Assembly: GCA_964016885.1 (NCBI GenBank)
Contig: OZ024744.1
Location: 56,482,001 to 56,546,000, forward strand
Length of the DNA: 64,000 nt
Origin: Eledone cirrhosa
Taxonomy: Eukaryota
Reading direction: 5' to 3'
Position 1 is the first letter of the stretch. Every line of letters begins with the position of its first letter. The translations under genes were made by a program, and so were the position numbers. Below, in pieces: positions 40,484 to 53,864 of this stretch. The notes beneath the pieces were generated by a model. That model was not told the DNA's origin. It was given only the letters and a program-made list of their open reading frames with translations, and did not search any database.

Positions 40484-40700
40484 ATAATTGTTTCTACTTT
40501 TGGCACAAGGCCAGCAATTTGAAGGGAAGGGGAAAGTCGATTAAATTGTGTATCACTGGTACTTTATTTTACCAATCTCATAAGGATGAAAGGCAAAGCT
40601 AACCTCAACAGGATTTGAATTCAGAACATAAAGGAACATAACCATATGCCACAAAGCATGTTGTCCAATGCTTGACTTATATTGCTAATCCATCACATTC
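40484..40700 (-). mobile_element. tRNA-derived SINE with a Nin-like core
   Basis: GGATGAAAGGCAAAG and GGCACAAGGCCAGC blocks are shared with 57837-58028. Confidence 0.75.
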
Positions 40701-41039
40701 ACACCAGCTTAATAATGAGAAAATTAGTTATATGACTAAATCCCTCAAAGTTCTAGAATCTTTTCATAAATTGAAATAGAATATATAAATCTGAGAAATT
40801 GAAAAAACATCTTAACCTTTTTCTATTTCTAACAAGAATATACTGCTTTTGCATTTTAATTATCAAAAGAAGAATATTAGTCTCCTGATTTAATTGGTAA
40901 AACATATAGAAAAAGAAAGCATCATTGGAAAAGACTATAAATGCCATAAATGAGAGGAAAAGGTGGGGAAGAGCAAGGACTATTAGACAAAGGAAGAAAG
41001 ACAAGGGGAAGGGGAGAGGGTGACAGACTCTACATCTAG

Positions 41040-41690
41040 GTCAGAGTAGTATTTTGGCTGTGCCTGCCCAGCAGAGAAAATGGCAAAGGCATTTCTGTGG
41101 ACAATAGCCAGCGACACCTACTATACAGATGGGCTGCTATCGATCCGATTTTATGGAGGAGGTCAGCTGTCTGGGGTCCAAGGATGCTTGAGGTCTCAAC
41201 GGTGACCAGTGCAAAGAGGAAGCAGCCAGACAAGCTCTGGTATTTGCTTGTCTTCCTGTCCTCTGCATTGTGGAGTTTGTGGCTGAAGCAACTAAGTTGG
41301 AGGTGGTGAACATGTCACAGCATGTCACGTCCCAGATGAAGGATTTACCTCCTTCGAATGGGAAGAGAGTAATTCCGTCGGGGCACTTTCTGTCACCTCG
41401 GTCAAAGCTTACTGGCTCCAGTCATTAAGGGAAGCAGGCTGCGTTGTATGCTGTTGAGAATGGCATATCAGGGGAACTGGTATGCGCTCTCATGGCATGA
41501 TAAAGTGTTCTAGTCAAACACATCGACAACAACTCCACAATGGCATTTATGTGGCTCACACACATGGAGGTTGAGGTGTTGGGCCACTCTGATGCAAGTG
41601 CATTTGTCATCAAGAAGGTACTCGTTGATCAGGAGGGCACCAAATTGAGCCACAAGCTTCTGTTTGGCTGTGAGGTGGAATAGAGACAGG
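41040..41690 (-). mobile_element. Degenerate CRE-like RLE non-LTR retrotransposon fragment
   Basis: CEPHKCHCG, LEP...DRKCPDGITLFPFEGGKSFIWDVTC.D and VETSSILGP motifs. Confidence 0.68.
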
Positions 41691-42031
41691 TGATGTGGTG
41701 TTGGTCAAATTAATTAAGAATTATGAGAGATTTAGGGGAATAACTAACTTTCAAGTTACTAATAAAAGACAAATATTTAACTTCTGAAATCAAATATTGG
41801 TTTCTAATTTAGGCACAAAGCGAGAGATTTTGTGGGAGGGGAAAGTTAATTATATCGACTACAGTACTTGACTGGTATGTATGTATGTATGTATGTATGT
41901 ATGTATGTATGTATGTATGTATGTATGTATGTATGTATGTATGTATGTATGTATGTATGTATGTATGTATGTGTGTATGTATGTTTATATGTATATATGG
42001 ACACGTAACTCCTGATAGAGTATTGAGCATT

Positions 42032-42260
42032 TTAACCCTTTAGCATTTAAACTGGCCCTATCCGGCCTACATTCTCTCACTTCTTTCTGTTCAAACCAGC
42101 TGTAACTGGTTGCTCATACTGATGTTAAGGTATTATTCTCAAAATAAATGATATCAAAATCTCATAAATTCGATATTATGTGAGAAAATTGTGTGAGATA
42201 AAGCCTTTACCACAAAAATAGAATAGTATATATAGTGTAATGTAATTGCTAAAGGATTAA
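42032..42260. mobile_element. piggyBac-like MITE
   Basis: TTAA-CCCTTTAGCA ... TGCTAAAGGA-TTAA. Confidence 0.7.
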
Positions 42261-42369
42261 GCCTGGTGGAGCCCCACCCCTCTCCAGGCCTGAGTACAGC
42301 AGATTTCTTCCAGAGAAAGATAGAAAGTAAGAGAGAGAAAATGAGAAAGGGATATAGAGGAATAATCCA

Positions 42370-42750
42370 CTAGACTGGTACTTTTTTATATCAACCTTGA
42401 AAGGATGAAAGGCAAAGTTGACCTCGGTGGGATTTGAACTCGGAGAGCAGAGAGCTGGAACGAATACCATAAAGCATTCTTATCTGACATTCTAACGACT
42501 CTGCCAATTCACTGCCTACTTGACTGGTACCTTATCTTAATGACAGCATAAGGATGAAAGATAAAATTGATGTTCATGGGATTTGAACATAGAACACAGA
42601 AAGTTGGATTAAGTCCCAGAAAGCATTTTGTTTGGTGTCCCAATGCTTCAGCCATTCCATTGTCTTTGCCAAAATCTAATGATATCTATCATGTAATAAT
42701 TGTTTCTACTATTGGCACAAGACCAGTAATTATCCCAGTGTATTACTGGT
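42370..42750 (-). mobile_element. Two adjacent Nin-like tRNA SINE copies
   Basis: GGATGAAAG.CAAA.TTGA...GATTTGAAC (B-box on the minus strand) occurs twice. Confidence 0.7.
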
Positions 42751-43486
42751 GCTGTAATAATGATGCTTCAATTCAACATTGGAATTTAAATTTGAACACT
42801 TTAATAGAGAAGGTTTTGGGTGAGTTTGTGTTTAAGGGGTTAAACCATTCCATCCCGTATTCCCTATGTAATTTTGTAGGACATAAACTGTGTCACCACC
42901 ATACATAAATGCTATCTTCTTAGAGTACAAATTTCTGTATAGATAAAAAAAAATAACAAAGAAAAACTGTTTCATTGTTACCAATATCAGTTTTATTACA
43001 TTATATCAATAATTATGCTCAAAATGTTGGATGTTTAGTTGGGCATTGTTTGGTATGATCTCTAATGTGGATGAATTTATGAAACATAATTGTTTCTACT
43101 TTTTATGAAACATAATAAACATTAAATATACCAGTAGATAATTTGCAACCATTTTGTATTCATAATATTTTGGCTTCGGCCATAGACCTGTATATAAGTT
43201 GCATGTTGCACTGCTTGTAACTTTATTTGTAGCTGTGTTTAAACAATAAACATAGCTGGAATAATCATAATTCATTACTAATACTGTCTATCAAAGTACT
43301 GGGATCATGAATAATAAAAAAGAAGCAATGAGTTTGTATGGTTTATGTCTGGAGTAAACAGTCTAACTTACACTTTTAAATTGTCACTTTTTATTGACTG
43401 ACAACATAATTGTTTTACTGGTGTCAATCATTAGACTATGGTCTTGATGGGGAACCATCTTGAAGGGTTTTATTTGAACATATAGA

Positions 43487-43815
43487 GGCACATGGCTTAG
43501 TGGCTAGAGCCTTGCAATCGAAAGGTTGTGAGTTCAATTCTCAGACCGGGTGATGTGTTGTTTCCTTGAGCAAGACACTTTATTTCACATTGATCCAGTT
43601 TATTCAGCTGTAGAAATGAGATGATAGGGACTGGGGTCGCTATCATTCCACTGCAAAGTGGTCGTGGAGGTGCCACGGCAAAAAAGCACCCAGCACCTAA
43701 CTGTAAATGAGGTTGGTGTTAGGAAGGGCATCCAGCTGTAGAAATCAAGCCAGAATCAGTTCCCGTCCCACCCTTGCAAGCAGGGAAAAGCGGACATAAA
43801 ATGATGATGATGATG
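43487..43815 (+). mobile_element. tRNA-headed SINE followed by an RTE-type 3' tail
   Basis: A-box TGGCTTAGTGG, B-box GAGTTCAATTCT, core CCTTGAGCAAGACACTT, then RTE 3' UTR and (GAT)n. Confidence 0.72.
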
Positions 43816-43896
43816 ATATCGACCCAAGTATTTATTTTTTTCAGTCTGGTACTTAGTTTATCAATACCATTTTGTCAAACCATGTTACAAGACACA

Positions 43897-43993
<97 letters not shown>

Positions 43994-44249
43994 GATGGAC
44001 TTTTCATGTTTTTGTCAACCAAATTTCACTCACAAGGCATTGGTCAACCCAGACTCTTGCTGAAGAGACTGTACAGTGAGACTGTACCCAAACCACATGG
44101 TTATGAAACAAACTATTTAACCACACATTCATACCTGCATCTACTTATGAATTGAATTTAATGAACTTTTTAGAATATAAATTCCTAATATCCACACATT
44201 GATATCATGAATCAATCATTGCAACTGCTTTACAGATGTGTAAGTGTGC

Positions 44250-44999
44250 CATCATCATCATCATCATTGTTTAACGTCCATCTTCCACGCTAGCATAGGT
44301 TTAGACGGGAATTAATCCACTTGAGGCAAGATTGGTTGTCTTGCTCGTATAGGACTGTCTGACAGGTTTTCTACGGCTGGATGCCCTTCCTAACACTAAC
44401 CACGTTTACAGTGTGGACTGGGAGGTTTTTACCGTGTTACCTACACGGCCACATTACAGCGTGGACTGTGTGTTTTTTTGTCGTGACACCTACACGGCCT
44501 CATTTATTTAGGACTGGATGTTGTGGTACCAACATAACTTTACAGAGAAAGGGGTGGTGTTGATGGGGGGGGGGGGGGTATATTTGATTAAGAGGTACCT
44601 ACTGACTAGGTTTCGCTTTGTACTTAGGCAAGGCGGGTCTTCTGTATTACTGCATAGCGCCAAAGATCTCGGTCCAGTGACATTGTGTTAGAGAGGTGTA
44701 AGTGTGTGAGGTTGGAATTTATCAAGTCGTCCCAGGTTTTTCTGGGTCTGCCTACTCCGTAATTTCCATCAATTTTGATTGCCCTGCACTTTTTTTATAC
44801 AGCTGTCATCTTTCATGCGCATCACGTGACCGTACCAACGTAGTCTTCTCTCGAGTAAACAACATCTGACCCCTCTTATTTCTAATTTCTCCCTTAGTTC
44901 GTTTATGCTTTGCCGTTCATGTATATTACTATTACACATCCAGCGGAGCATGCATGCTTCGTTCCTCTCGAGTATGCGCAGATTCTCTGCACACAATGT
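44250..44999 (-). mobile_element. RTE family A 3' fragment
   Basis: LERNEACMLRW...RLRWYGHV plus the 3' UTR. Confidence 0.9.
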
Positions 45000-47554
45000 G
45001 TGTATGTGCATATATATATGTATGTGTGTGTATGTTCATATATATATGTGTGTGTACATCTATATATGTGTGTGTATTTACATATATATATATATCCACA
45101 CAATATCATGAATCAATCATTGCAACTTCTTTACAGATGTAATGCTGCCTCGTTTATGTCCCTGTATCTCAAGCACCACCCTGCTTAACCCTTTTGTTAC
45201 CATACGTTTAACTAAATACACTGTTTCAATTAATTGATGAAGAATTTGGAGGGATTTGCTAAAACTATTAATTATTCCACTATTAAGATATTGTTTGTAA
45301 TATAACTTAACAAAAGGCTCTTTATAAAAATATGTTTGAAGATTTTAATTTACATAAGAACTCTGCAGCTCAGGAGGAAATGGTTTCATTTGGTAGAACC
45401 AGATTTAGTTTTGGCTGGGTTGGTATAAAAATGGTCAAACATGTAAGGTTAAGCTGTAATATTATATTTACTTGTATCTATGGATAGCTACAAGCTATGA
45501 ATGGATAAATGTATGCTATAAGCTTTTGTTCAAACTAGCAGTGTATCTCGGCATTGCACGAGTAAGAACATTGGTAATAGCACCTCCAATGAGAAACGTT
45601 TATTTGTGAGTGCTTGTTAAAAACTCACGAAAATATACCGACAGGAAACTTGTTTTATTTGGAGAAAATAAAGAAGTTGAAAGTACAGTTTAGCTGTCTA
45701 CGTGCATTGTTCATAGAAATATTGTTGAGCCCCTTCTTTTCATACCTCTCTGTTTTGGCCTATTGGAGTAAATGTGAAAGAGAAAGTCACAGGTTAAGTT
45801 GGCAGAAGGTTCCAGTGTCATAGCAGTAAGGCGTAGGCTACTTACCTCAAAAGTTCATTCACACTCTTTCCACTAAGTTACTCTTTCTCTCTATCCCTCT
45901 CGGTGCAGTCCCTTGCGAATTTCTCGCGTAGGCCTGGTGTAGATTTACACCTGATCCATCTGTCCAATGCACATGTCCGCTTTGTATGGCTTTTGGAGGA
46001 AGGAGTGACCAGCAGTATGTTGTTCGGTATTATTACAAAAAGGTGTAGCAGAGAATCCCACGTGAACTAACAGCTCGGGAGTAAACTGCTCCGTTTAGTT
46101 GGTATTTGTTGGTCTACAGTTAGATGAATGGCGCACAAAGGGTTAATGTTTATTGGCAAGAAGTTTTTTTATTAATAAAAGATGGGTTAAAGCGACCTAC
46201 AATGTATCATTCTGCGTTGATGTTAGCGGTTTTCGTTATTGTCAATGGGTTTTTTGGACGGCAAATTCAAGACCCTTCTGTTTCCCCTCAATAAACTGAC
46301 TCCTATGAAGACCATGCCATGTTGGCCTGCAGATGGAAATGCAGAACGCAAAGGTGAAAGTTCAGTGGTAATGGGAGTCCTATGTAGCAGCAGTAACATT
46401 GACATTGCTTACAACGTAACGGATCTTCTGAAACTAAAAACATCAATCTGTGAACGCAGAAGTAAATATTTCGAAGGAAAGCAACAAGACGATACTTTGG
46501 TTCGTGAAGACGTTCCCTGGCAATGAACGGAAAATAGCAAACATAATACGTCATCAATGAGAACCATGTTTGTCATAATGTCGTAATGCAGACAGACATA
46601 CAGACAGATATTATAAGGGCGCGACCTTATAGCTATGTATCTATCTAAAAAGACAGACTAATATATATATATAGAGAGAGAGATGGATAACCGGCGCCTA
46701 ACACGCCTTTAACAACAGAAAATTGAAAAATAAAAGCTGCAGTTAATATCTTTAGACCGCAAGGAATATATAAATGCAAGTTTGAAGTCAATTGGAGTAG
46801 AAATGTGGATTTGTATAGATTTTGCAAAACTTAGGACACACACACAGACAATATCAATTTTATAGATAGCCATGCAAAAGACAAATTCGTTTTTCACATG
46901 TACAAATATATAAATCTTTCTTCAATTTCTTATATAGCAGACAGTGTGGAACATTTTGTTTTAGACATATTCTCAAGTGTTTCTTTTTGTTTTTACCAGT
47001 CCCTTACTGATTTCTCCAAGACAAACAAAAATTTCCACGATATTCAGTGCAACACAATTTAAAACCAGTCACATAACTTGATCTTTTATCTGTAGTGTTT
47101 ACAGTTTAGATTTTTGTCAAGCTGTGTGCATCTAGTACATCATATCACTGTATGTTTTAATATCACTGTATGTTTTAAGAGATGTCTAAAAGAGTTAGCA
47201 CCAGGAAGGGCTGTAAATCATGGCATCCTACCAAGGACCCCATAATGAATATAAATACATATGGGCAGGGAACAGCCAGAATTACCTCATGGGGTCCCCA
47301 CCCTTTCTTGTTAAATCACAAGATGGAGGGGCCTAAGAAAACAAGAGAGTAGTTCATTTCATTTATGATAGCCAAGTGCTTGATGTCCCTTGTTGGTGAC
47401 TGGTAAGTGAGGTTTAGGACATGGACATGGAACATAGGAATGCTAACAGGGAGTATTGAAGAGAAAGTCAGGTTTTGATGGAACCCATGAGGGATATGGG
47501 TATGGTATGAGGAATGGAGAGGATCTTAGAGTTTGCTGATGGGGCTGATATAAT

Positions 47555-47815
47555 ATATAATGAAATTATTGTGTACAGTGCTTAGGTGCACTACAACTCA
47601 TCAAAGGTGCATGTATAGTACATAGAATAATGTACAAATGTCAGGAAAGTGAACAGTGTATGAGTCATGATATACATGTGTGCATCTGTATGAAGCAGGG
47701 ATATCAGGTGGGGTGTTGGCGAATTTCAGGAAGCATGGAGGTTTTAAAGGATACATTGTCTCAGCAACTAACAACTGATGCAAGTAGTTTGTTCCATGCT
47801 TCAGCAACTCTGTTA
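47555..47815 (-). mobile_element. CR1/L2-group LINE 3' end nested in an old RTE relic (about 47330-48380)
   Basis: RVAEAWNKL..SVV.....SFK C-terminal motif. The flanks translate to decayed APE-like sequence. Confidence 0.55.
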
Positions 47816-48399
47816 ATCTGTAACACCCAATTCTAGAAAGAAGAAAATAAAATTGTTAGGAACAATTACCGTGGATCGTCATAACTGTCAGCTACCTGAT
47901 GGTACATGGTCAAGATAGGAGGAAGTTTTCTGATACAGAATTAATCCCAGGGGAAGGGGTTGATACACAGGTTGTTTGTGACAGCAAAGGAAATATGAAC
48001 CAAGGATGAAGGTGTGGAGATTAAAAGAAGCAACAGTGGAGGGAGACTCTAAGAGAAAAACTGAGTATGATAGAAATATGACACGAATTAAGATGAAAGT
48101 GCTTAGAAGTCTCTGAGAGATGGTTTGTTAGAATCTGATAGTGGTGAGTGTGGATGGACAAAAAAGGCTACTGTTACATTTGGAAACATGGCGGTAGGAT
48201 GATTGTAAAGAGAATAGCAGAGAATGAAGCATATGGTAGCAGAAGAGGCAGTGCATCAGGATTACAAGGCAGCCAAAAAAGGCTGCAAAGAAAGAAGTGG
48301 CAAAAGAACATGAGGCACAGAGGAAAGTATTTGGAGAACAGATAGATTCAGAGAAGTGTCAGAGAGAGAGGTTTTTAGAATTGCAAGTCATGGAAGTGA

Positions 48400-48790
48400 A
48401 ACATGGACGTTTTCATCCAAACAACAAAAGCGCCTTGATGGCACCTACACTGGCCTACTTCAACACATTCAGAACATAAGCTGGTGACATCTGACTTTGA
48501 GAGAAATATATGCCAGCCTCCCACGCATATCTGTCGTTGTACGAAAAACGGAGAGTAAGATTTGCTGGCTACAGCCATCGTGCCACCTATGAGGCTGTGT
48601 CCCCATTAGTGCTTTGGAAACCCCAAGCAGTCACTAATAACAGGGGTTACAGGCTCTCCTATTTCGATGTTATCTCCAGAGATACTGGTATTGAAATCCA
48701 GGGCTAGGCAACAGTAATGAATGACAAACCCACAGGGAGATCAATTGTTGAGTTCATTCCGGCTGAGGTCACCGGATGATGATGATGATT
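48400..48790 (+). mobile_element. RTE-group family C 3' fragment
   Basis: RRVRFAGYSHRA...LVLWKP, similar to 26315-26632, with a (GAT)n tail. Confidence 0.7.
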
Positions 48791-48799
48791 TCGATATAT

Positions 48800-51700
48800 G
48801 ATGGATGGATGGATGGATGGACGGACTGCGGAATCCTGGAGAGTGGAAGGGAGAGAAAAATCTGGACGCTCAGAGCGAAAATGCCAAAGTTAAAGTCAAA
48901 TTCACCTCGTGGACGAGAATGCGAGCACTCCTCTTTGTTTCGTCCGCGGATGGCTAACATAACCCTATCTCCCCCCGCCCCCCACCACCCCCACCCTCCA
49001 AACGCAATCCAAAACTTCAGAGTTGGTACCATAAATGTAGGCACCCTAAAGGGTCGCGCTAACGAGGTTGTAGAAATGCTTGAACGTAAGGAGGTCGATG
49101 TTTGTTGTATTCAAGAGACCAGGTGGAGGGGTGGGTCTGCTAGATTCATTGAGGGTAAAAAACGATGTTATAAGCTTTTCTGGGTGGGAAACGACGATGG
49201 GCTGGGTGGAGTAGGAATCATGGTAGCAGAAAAGTGGGCAGATAAGATAATAGACGTAAATAGAGTGAACGACAGAATAATTAAAATACGACTTGTCCTC
49301 AATAGAACTACGGTGACAGTAATATCTGCGTACGCACCCCAATCCGGACTGCCCGGCACTATAAAAGACAGATTCTATGAGACACTGTTGCTAACTACCT
49401 CCCAAATATCTGACAGTGACTATATAATTATTGCAGGCGACCTAAATGGTCACGTTGGACAACATTGTGACGGCTACGACGAAATCCATGGAGGCTATGG
49501 GTTTGGTACTAGAAATGAGGAAGGCTCCAGAATCCTGGAATTCTGTGATGCAAATAACCTAACTATCTGTAACACTAACTTCAAAAAACGTGACAATCAC
49601 CTGATCACCTATAGATCCGGGGAACACACAAGCCAGGTAGATTATATCCTTACCAGAAGACGTGACAGAGTGTCTGTTGTAAACACTAAATCCCTCCCCC
49701 ATGAAGAATGCACCTCCCAACATAGACTGATAATTAGCGACCTCATAGTCAGGACGAGACGTACTCGACAGCAGAAGAGGACTATCCTCAGGAGGAAAAT
49801 ATGGAAACTAAAGGACCCCACAGCCAGAAATAAATTTCAAAGCATATTACTTGATGCTTTCGACAGTAAGGAAGAGCATCTAGAGTCGGACAATATAGAG
49901 GGACAGTGGGAATTTCTGAAAGCAAACCTGCTGTTGGCGACAGACGAAGTCTGTGGCTGGAGCAGGCCTGTAGGCAGGAGGAGAGTAACATGGTGGTGGA
50001 ACAGTAAGGTGGAGGGGTCAATTAAGGCCAAAAAGCAGGCTTGGAAAGTATGGCGGGATGGGGGAAGTAGAGTAGACTATCAAGTGGCCAGGAGGGAAGC
50101 TAGGAGACAAGTGTACTTAGCAAGAAGGGAAGCTGAGGAAAGAAAGTTCAAGCATGTTCTACAACGCGATGACCAAAAACGTGAGGTGTTCAGGATTGCT
50201 AGGCAATGCGTCAAGGAAAACCGTGATATTGTCGGGGAGAAGTGTGTACTTAACGATGATGGCATACTTGCCATCACCGACACTGATAAGAAGGTAGCTT
50301 GGAAGTGTTACTATGAAAGGCTACTAAATGAGGAGAATAAATGGGAGAAAGACAGTCTCCCCCATATCGACCCAATAGAGGGACCAGCAGTGTTAGTCGA
50401 GGGGAGTATAATAAGTAAGGCAATCAAGGATATGAAAACGGGTAAGGCGGCTGGGCCTTCGGAAATAGTTGCTGAGATGCTGAAGGCATCTGGCACGGTG
50501 GGACACACCATGGTCACCCGCATAGTTAACCAAGTCGTACAGAATGGGGTTGTTCCGAAGGACTGGCATAGCAGCATCATCGTTAACTGTTATAAGGGTA
50601 AAGGAGACGCCCTAGATAGGAGTAACTATAGAGGCATTAAATTAATCGACCAGGTCATGAAGGTCACGGAAAAAGTAATAGCGCAACTAATCAGAGAGAG
50701 AATTGACCTAGATGAAATGCAGTTCGGGTTTGTGTCAGGCAAAAGCACCACAGACGCTCTTTTCATAGTACGACAACTACAGGAGAAGTACCTAGCTAAA
50801 GGTAAACCCCTCTACTTAGCTTTTGTCGACCTGGAGAAAGCCTTCGACAGAGTCCCCCGCTCCATTATCTGGTGGGCTCTTAGAAAACTAGGCGTTGACG
50901 AATGGCTTGTGAGGGCTATACAAGCCATGTATAAAGAAACAGTCAGCAAGGTTAGAATTAACAACGAATATAGTGAAGAGTTTAGCGTAAAAGTTGGCGT
51001 CCATCAGGGCTCTGTTCTCAGCCCCCTACTATTTATTATTGCCCTTCAGGCTATAACAGAGGAGTTCAAGACAGGCTGCCCATGGGAACTCCTATACGCA
51101 GACGACCTGACACTCATAGCGGAATCAATGGCCGAGCTAGAGAAGAAATTCCAAACATGGAAGCACGGCCTAGAGTCAAAAGGACTTAAAATTAACCTGG
51201 CTAAGACCAAAGTTCTAGTTTGTAGGAAAGAAAACAAGGCGGCGGTCCCTTCTGGGAAATGGTCGTGCTCGGTGTGTAGGAAAGGCGTAGGTAGAAACTC
51301 CATTTTATGTCCTAAATGCAAAGTATGGGTGCATAAAAGATGTAGTGGGATCACAGGTAAGCTAACTAAGAACATAGATTTTACATGTGGCCGGTGTTCT
51401 GGTGCAATAAGTAGCAGCAAGTGCCCACAAAATACTAGCTCTTTCAATTGCGCAGAGGGTTCTATAGAAATAGTGGACAGCTTCCGTTACCTGGGCGATA
51501 AAATCAACAGTGGGGGAGGGTGCTCTGAAAGTACTGTAGCTAGAGTCAGAACTGGTTGGAAAAAGTTCAGAGAGCTTATACCACTATTAGCTGCTAAAGG
51601 GTTCTCCCTAAAAATGAAAGGCAGGTTGTACGATGCCTGCATACGAACAGCAATGTTGCATGGCAGTGAGACCTGGGCATTGTGTGCAGAGGATATACGC

Positions 51701-52413
51701 AGACTAGAGAGGAACGAAGCTTGCATGCTCTGCTGGATGTGTAACAGTAATATACGTGAACGGCAAAGCATAAATGAACTAAGGAAAAAATTAGAGATAA
51801 GAGGGATCAGATGTTGTTTACTCGAGAGAAGGCTACGTTGGTATGGACACGTGATGCGCATGAAAGTCGATAGCTGTATAACAAAGTGCAGGGCAATAAA
51901 GATAGACGGTAGCCACGGAATAGGCAGACCTAGAAAAACCTGGGACGAGCTGATAAACTCCGACCTCACACACTTACACCTCTCCAAGACAATGTCACTG
52001 GACCGAGACCTTTGGCGGTACTCAGTAACAGAGAAGACCCGCCTTGCCAGTAGGCATCTCTAACAAAATACACCCAGTCCCCCCCCCCCCATCCACACCA
52101 CCCCGTTCTATGTAAAGTTATGTTGGTGCCGCGCCATCCAGGCCGAAACAAATGAGATCGTGTAGGTGTCACGACAAAAAAACACACAGTCCACGCTGTA
52201 ATGTGGCGGTGTTGGCAACACGGTAAAAACCTCCCAGACCCACACTGTAAATGTGGTTGGTGTTAGGAAGGGCATCCAGCTGTAGAAAACCTGCCAGACA
52301 GTCCTATGCGAGCAAGACAATCACTCTTGCCTCAAGTGGGACTACCCCCGTCCAAACCCATGCAAGCGTGGAACACGGACGTTAAACGTTGATGATGATG
52401 ATGATGATGATGA
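48800..52413 (+). mobile_element. Apparently full-length RTE-clade LINE (family A)
   Basis: Single long ORF, repetitive 3' UTR and (GAT)n tail. The 5' boundary is approximate. Confidence 0.95.
48881..52063 (+). CDS. RTE polyprotein: APE endonuclease + reverse transcriptase + PHD-type finger (about 1060 aa; start codon uncertain)
   Basis: TINV, IQETRW, AYAP, GDLNGH, VDYIL and SQH (APE); FVDLEKAFD, QGSVLSP, YADD and YLG (RT). No stops. Confidence 0.95.
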   Translation: MPKLKSNSPRGRECEHSSLFRPRMANITLSPPAPHHPHPPNAIQNFRVGTINVGTLKGRANEVVEMLERKEVDVCCIQETRWRGGSARFIEGKKRCYKLFWVGNDDGLGGVGIMVAEKWADKIIDVNRVNDRIIKIRLVLNRTTVTVISAYAPQSGLPGTIKDRFYETLLLTTSQISDSDYIIIAGDLNGHVGQHCDGYDEIHGGYGFGTRNEEGSRILEFCDANNLTICNTNFKKRDNHLITYRSGEHTSQVDYILTRRRDRVSVVNTKSLPHEECTSQHRLIISDLIVRTRRTRQQKRTILRRKIWKLKDPTARNKFQSILLDAFDSKEEHLESDNIEGQWEFLKANLLLATDEVCGWSRPVGRRRVTWWWNSKVEGSIKAKKQAWKVWRDGGSRVDYQVARREARRQVYLARREAEERKFKHVLQRDDQKREVFRIARQCVKENRDIVGEKCVLNDDGILAITDTDKKVAWKCYYERLLNEENKWEKDSLPHIDPIEGPAVLVEGSIISKAIKDMKTGKAAGPSEIVAEMLKASGTVGHTMVTRIVNQVVQNGVVPKDWHSSIIVNCYKGKGDALDRSNYRGIKLIDQVMKVTEKVIAQLIRERIDLDEMQFGFVSGKSTTDALFIVRQLQEKYLAKGKPLYLAFVDLEKAFDRVPRSIIWWALRKLGVDEWLVRAIQAMYKETVSKVRINNEYSEEFSVKVGVHQGSVLSPLLFIIALQAITEEFKTGCPWELLYADDLTLIAESMAELEKKFQTWKHGLESKGLKINLAKTKVLVCRKENKAAVPSGKWSCSVCRKGVGRNSILCPKCKVWVHKRCSGITGKLTKNIDFTCGRCSGAISSSKCPQNTSSFNCAEGSIEIVDSFRYLGDKINSGGGCSESTVARVRTGWKKFRELIPLLAAKGFSLKMKGRLYDACIRTAMLHGSETWALCAEDIRRLERNEACMLCWMCNSNIRERQSINELRKKLEIRGIRCCLLERRLRWYGHVMRMKVDSCITKCRAIKIDGSHGIGRPRKTWDELINSDLTHLHLSKTMSLDRDLWRYSVTEKTRLASRHL

Positions 52414-53045
52414 AGAGGTATAAGAGGGATCAGATGCAGTATGCTAGAGAAGAGATTGTGCTGGTATGGGCATGTGATATGTATGAAAGTTGACAGCCGA
52501 ATAAAAAGGTGCAGGGCGATCAAAATTGATTGAAGCCTTGGAGTAGGAAGATGCAGGAAGACTTGGGATGAGGTGATAAAAGCTGACCATGCACATTTAC
52601 ATCTCTCAAAGACAATGACACAAGATTGAGATATTTGGCTTTATGCAGTAATACAGAAGACATGCCTCACCATGTGCACAGACTCAAAGATACATCCAGT
52701 AGGCACCTCTTAACCACTATACCCCCACATACCCACTCATGTCCACACCACCCTTACACTGTGAACAAAATATATCCAGCCCACACTGTAATGTGGTCAT
52801 GTAGGAGACACAACAAAAAGCACCCAGCCCACACTGTAAATTGATCATGTAGGAGACATACCAAAAAGCACACAGTCCACACTGCAAATGTGGTTGGCAT
52901 TAGGAAGGGCATCCAGCTGTAGAAACCTAGCCAGAAATAGTCCTATATGAATAAGACATGGTCACCTGATCCAACTTGCCTCAAATGGAACAACCTGTTT
53001 AACCCATGCTAGCATGGAAAAAAAAATAGACGTTAAATGATGATA
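52414..53045 (+). mobile_element. Older RTE 3' fragment directly downstream
   Basis: IRGIRC...WYGHV-like sequence and 3' UTR. Confidence 0.82.
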
Positions 53046-53797
53046 ACTGACTTGATTATCAATTAATTAATGTTAGCTATATATTAACTTTTGTTGATGA
53101 CCGTAATTAATTCAAGGGATATATCAATAATTATGATGTCTTTACTGGATGATTTGATGATCGTTAAGTCACTGATCATATTGAACTATTGTTGACTGCC
53201 CCAATGAATTAAACAAATTTTTGCCACTTCATGACTGCATTCTGTAGAAATATTCTCTGCAACTGATAAAACCAAACTAGCATTGAGCAGGACAGTGTGT
53301 GGTACGATGTAGTAATAACATACATTGTGTGAAGCACCTTGTGGTATTGTAATCTCATCGATCTATTTCATCATCATCATCATTTAACTTCTGATTTCCC
53401 TGCTAGCAAGGGTTGGATGGGTCTACATAGACCAAATCAGTACTGAAGCAGGGACACTGACGTCCCACACAGGCCAAGGAGGTCTGTATCACACTTACGT
53501 ATGATCATTATTGAGTACAGAAGTGAAGTTGTCTTTTGACACAAGCTGAAGGATCCCCCTAATCCCTTGTTTGGCAAGCTTTCTTCAGCTGAATGCCCTT
53601 CCTATCACCAACTACTTTACAGCATGTACTGAATGCTTTTATCATGTAAGTCACCAACTCTAGAGAGGTTGTTGTGTCTTTGACACAGCTGAAGAGTCCT
53701 TTCAACCCTTTTAGTCATGGTTTCTACACCAAGGAGGTGTATATATATATATATATATATATTATTTGCATATTTTAATATATATTTACATATATTA

Positions 53798-53861
<64 letters not shown>

Positions 53862-53864
<3 letters not shown>

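Noticed and set aside
43487-43560. tRNA gene
   Set aside because: A and B boxes are present but there is no full cloverleaf. It is a SINE head.
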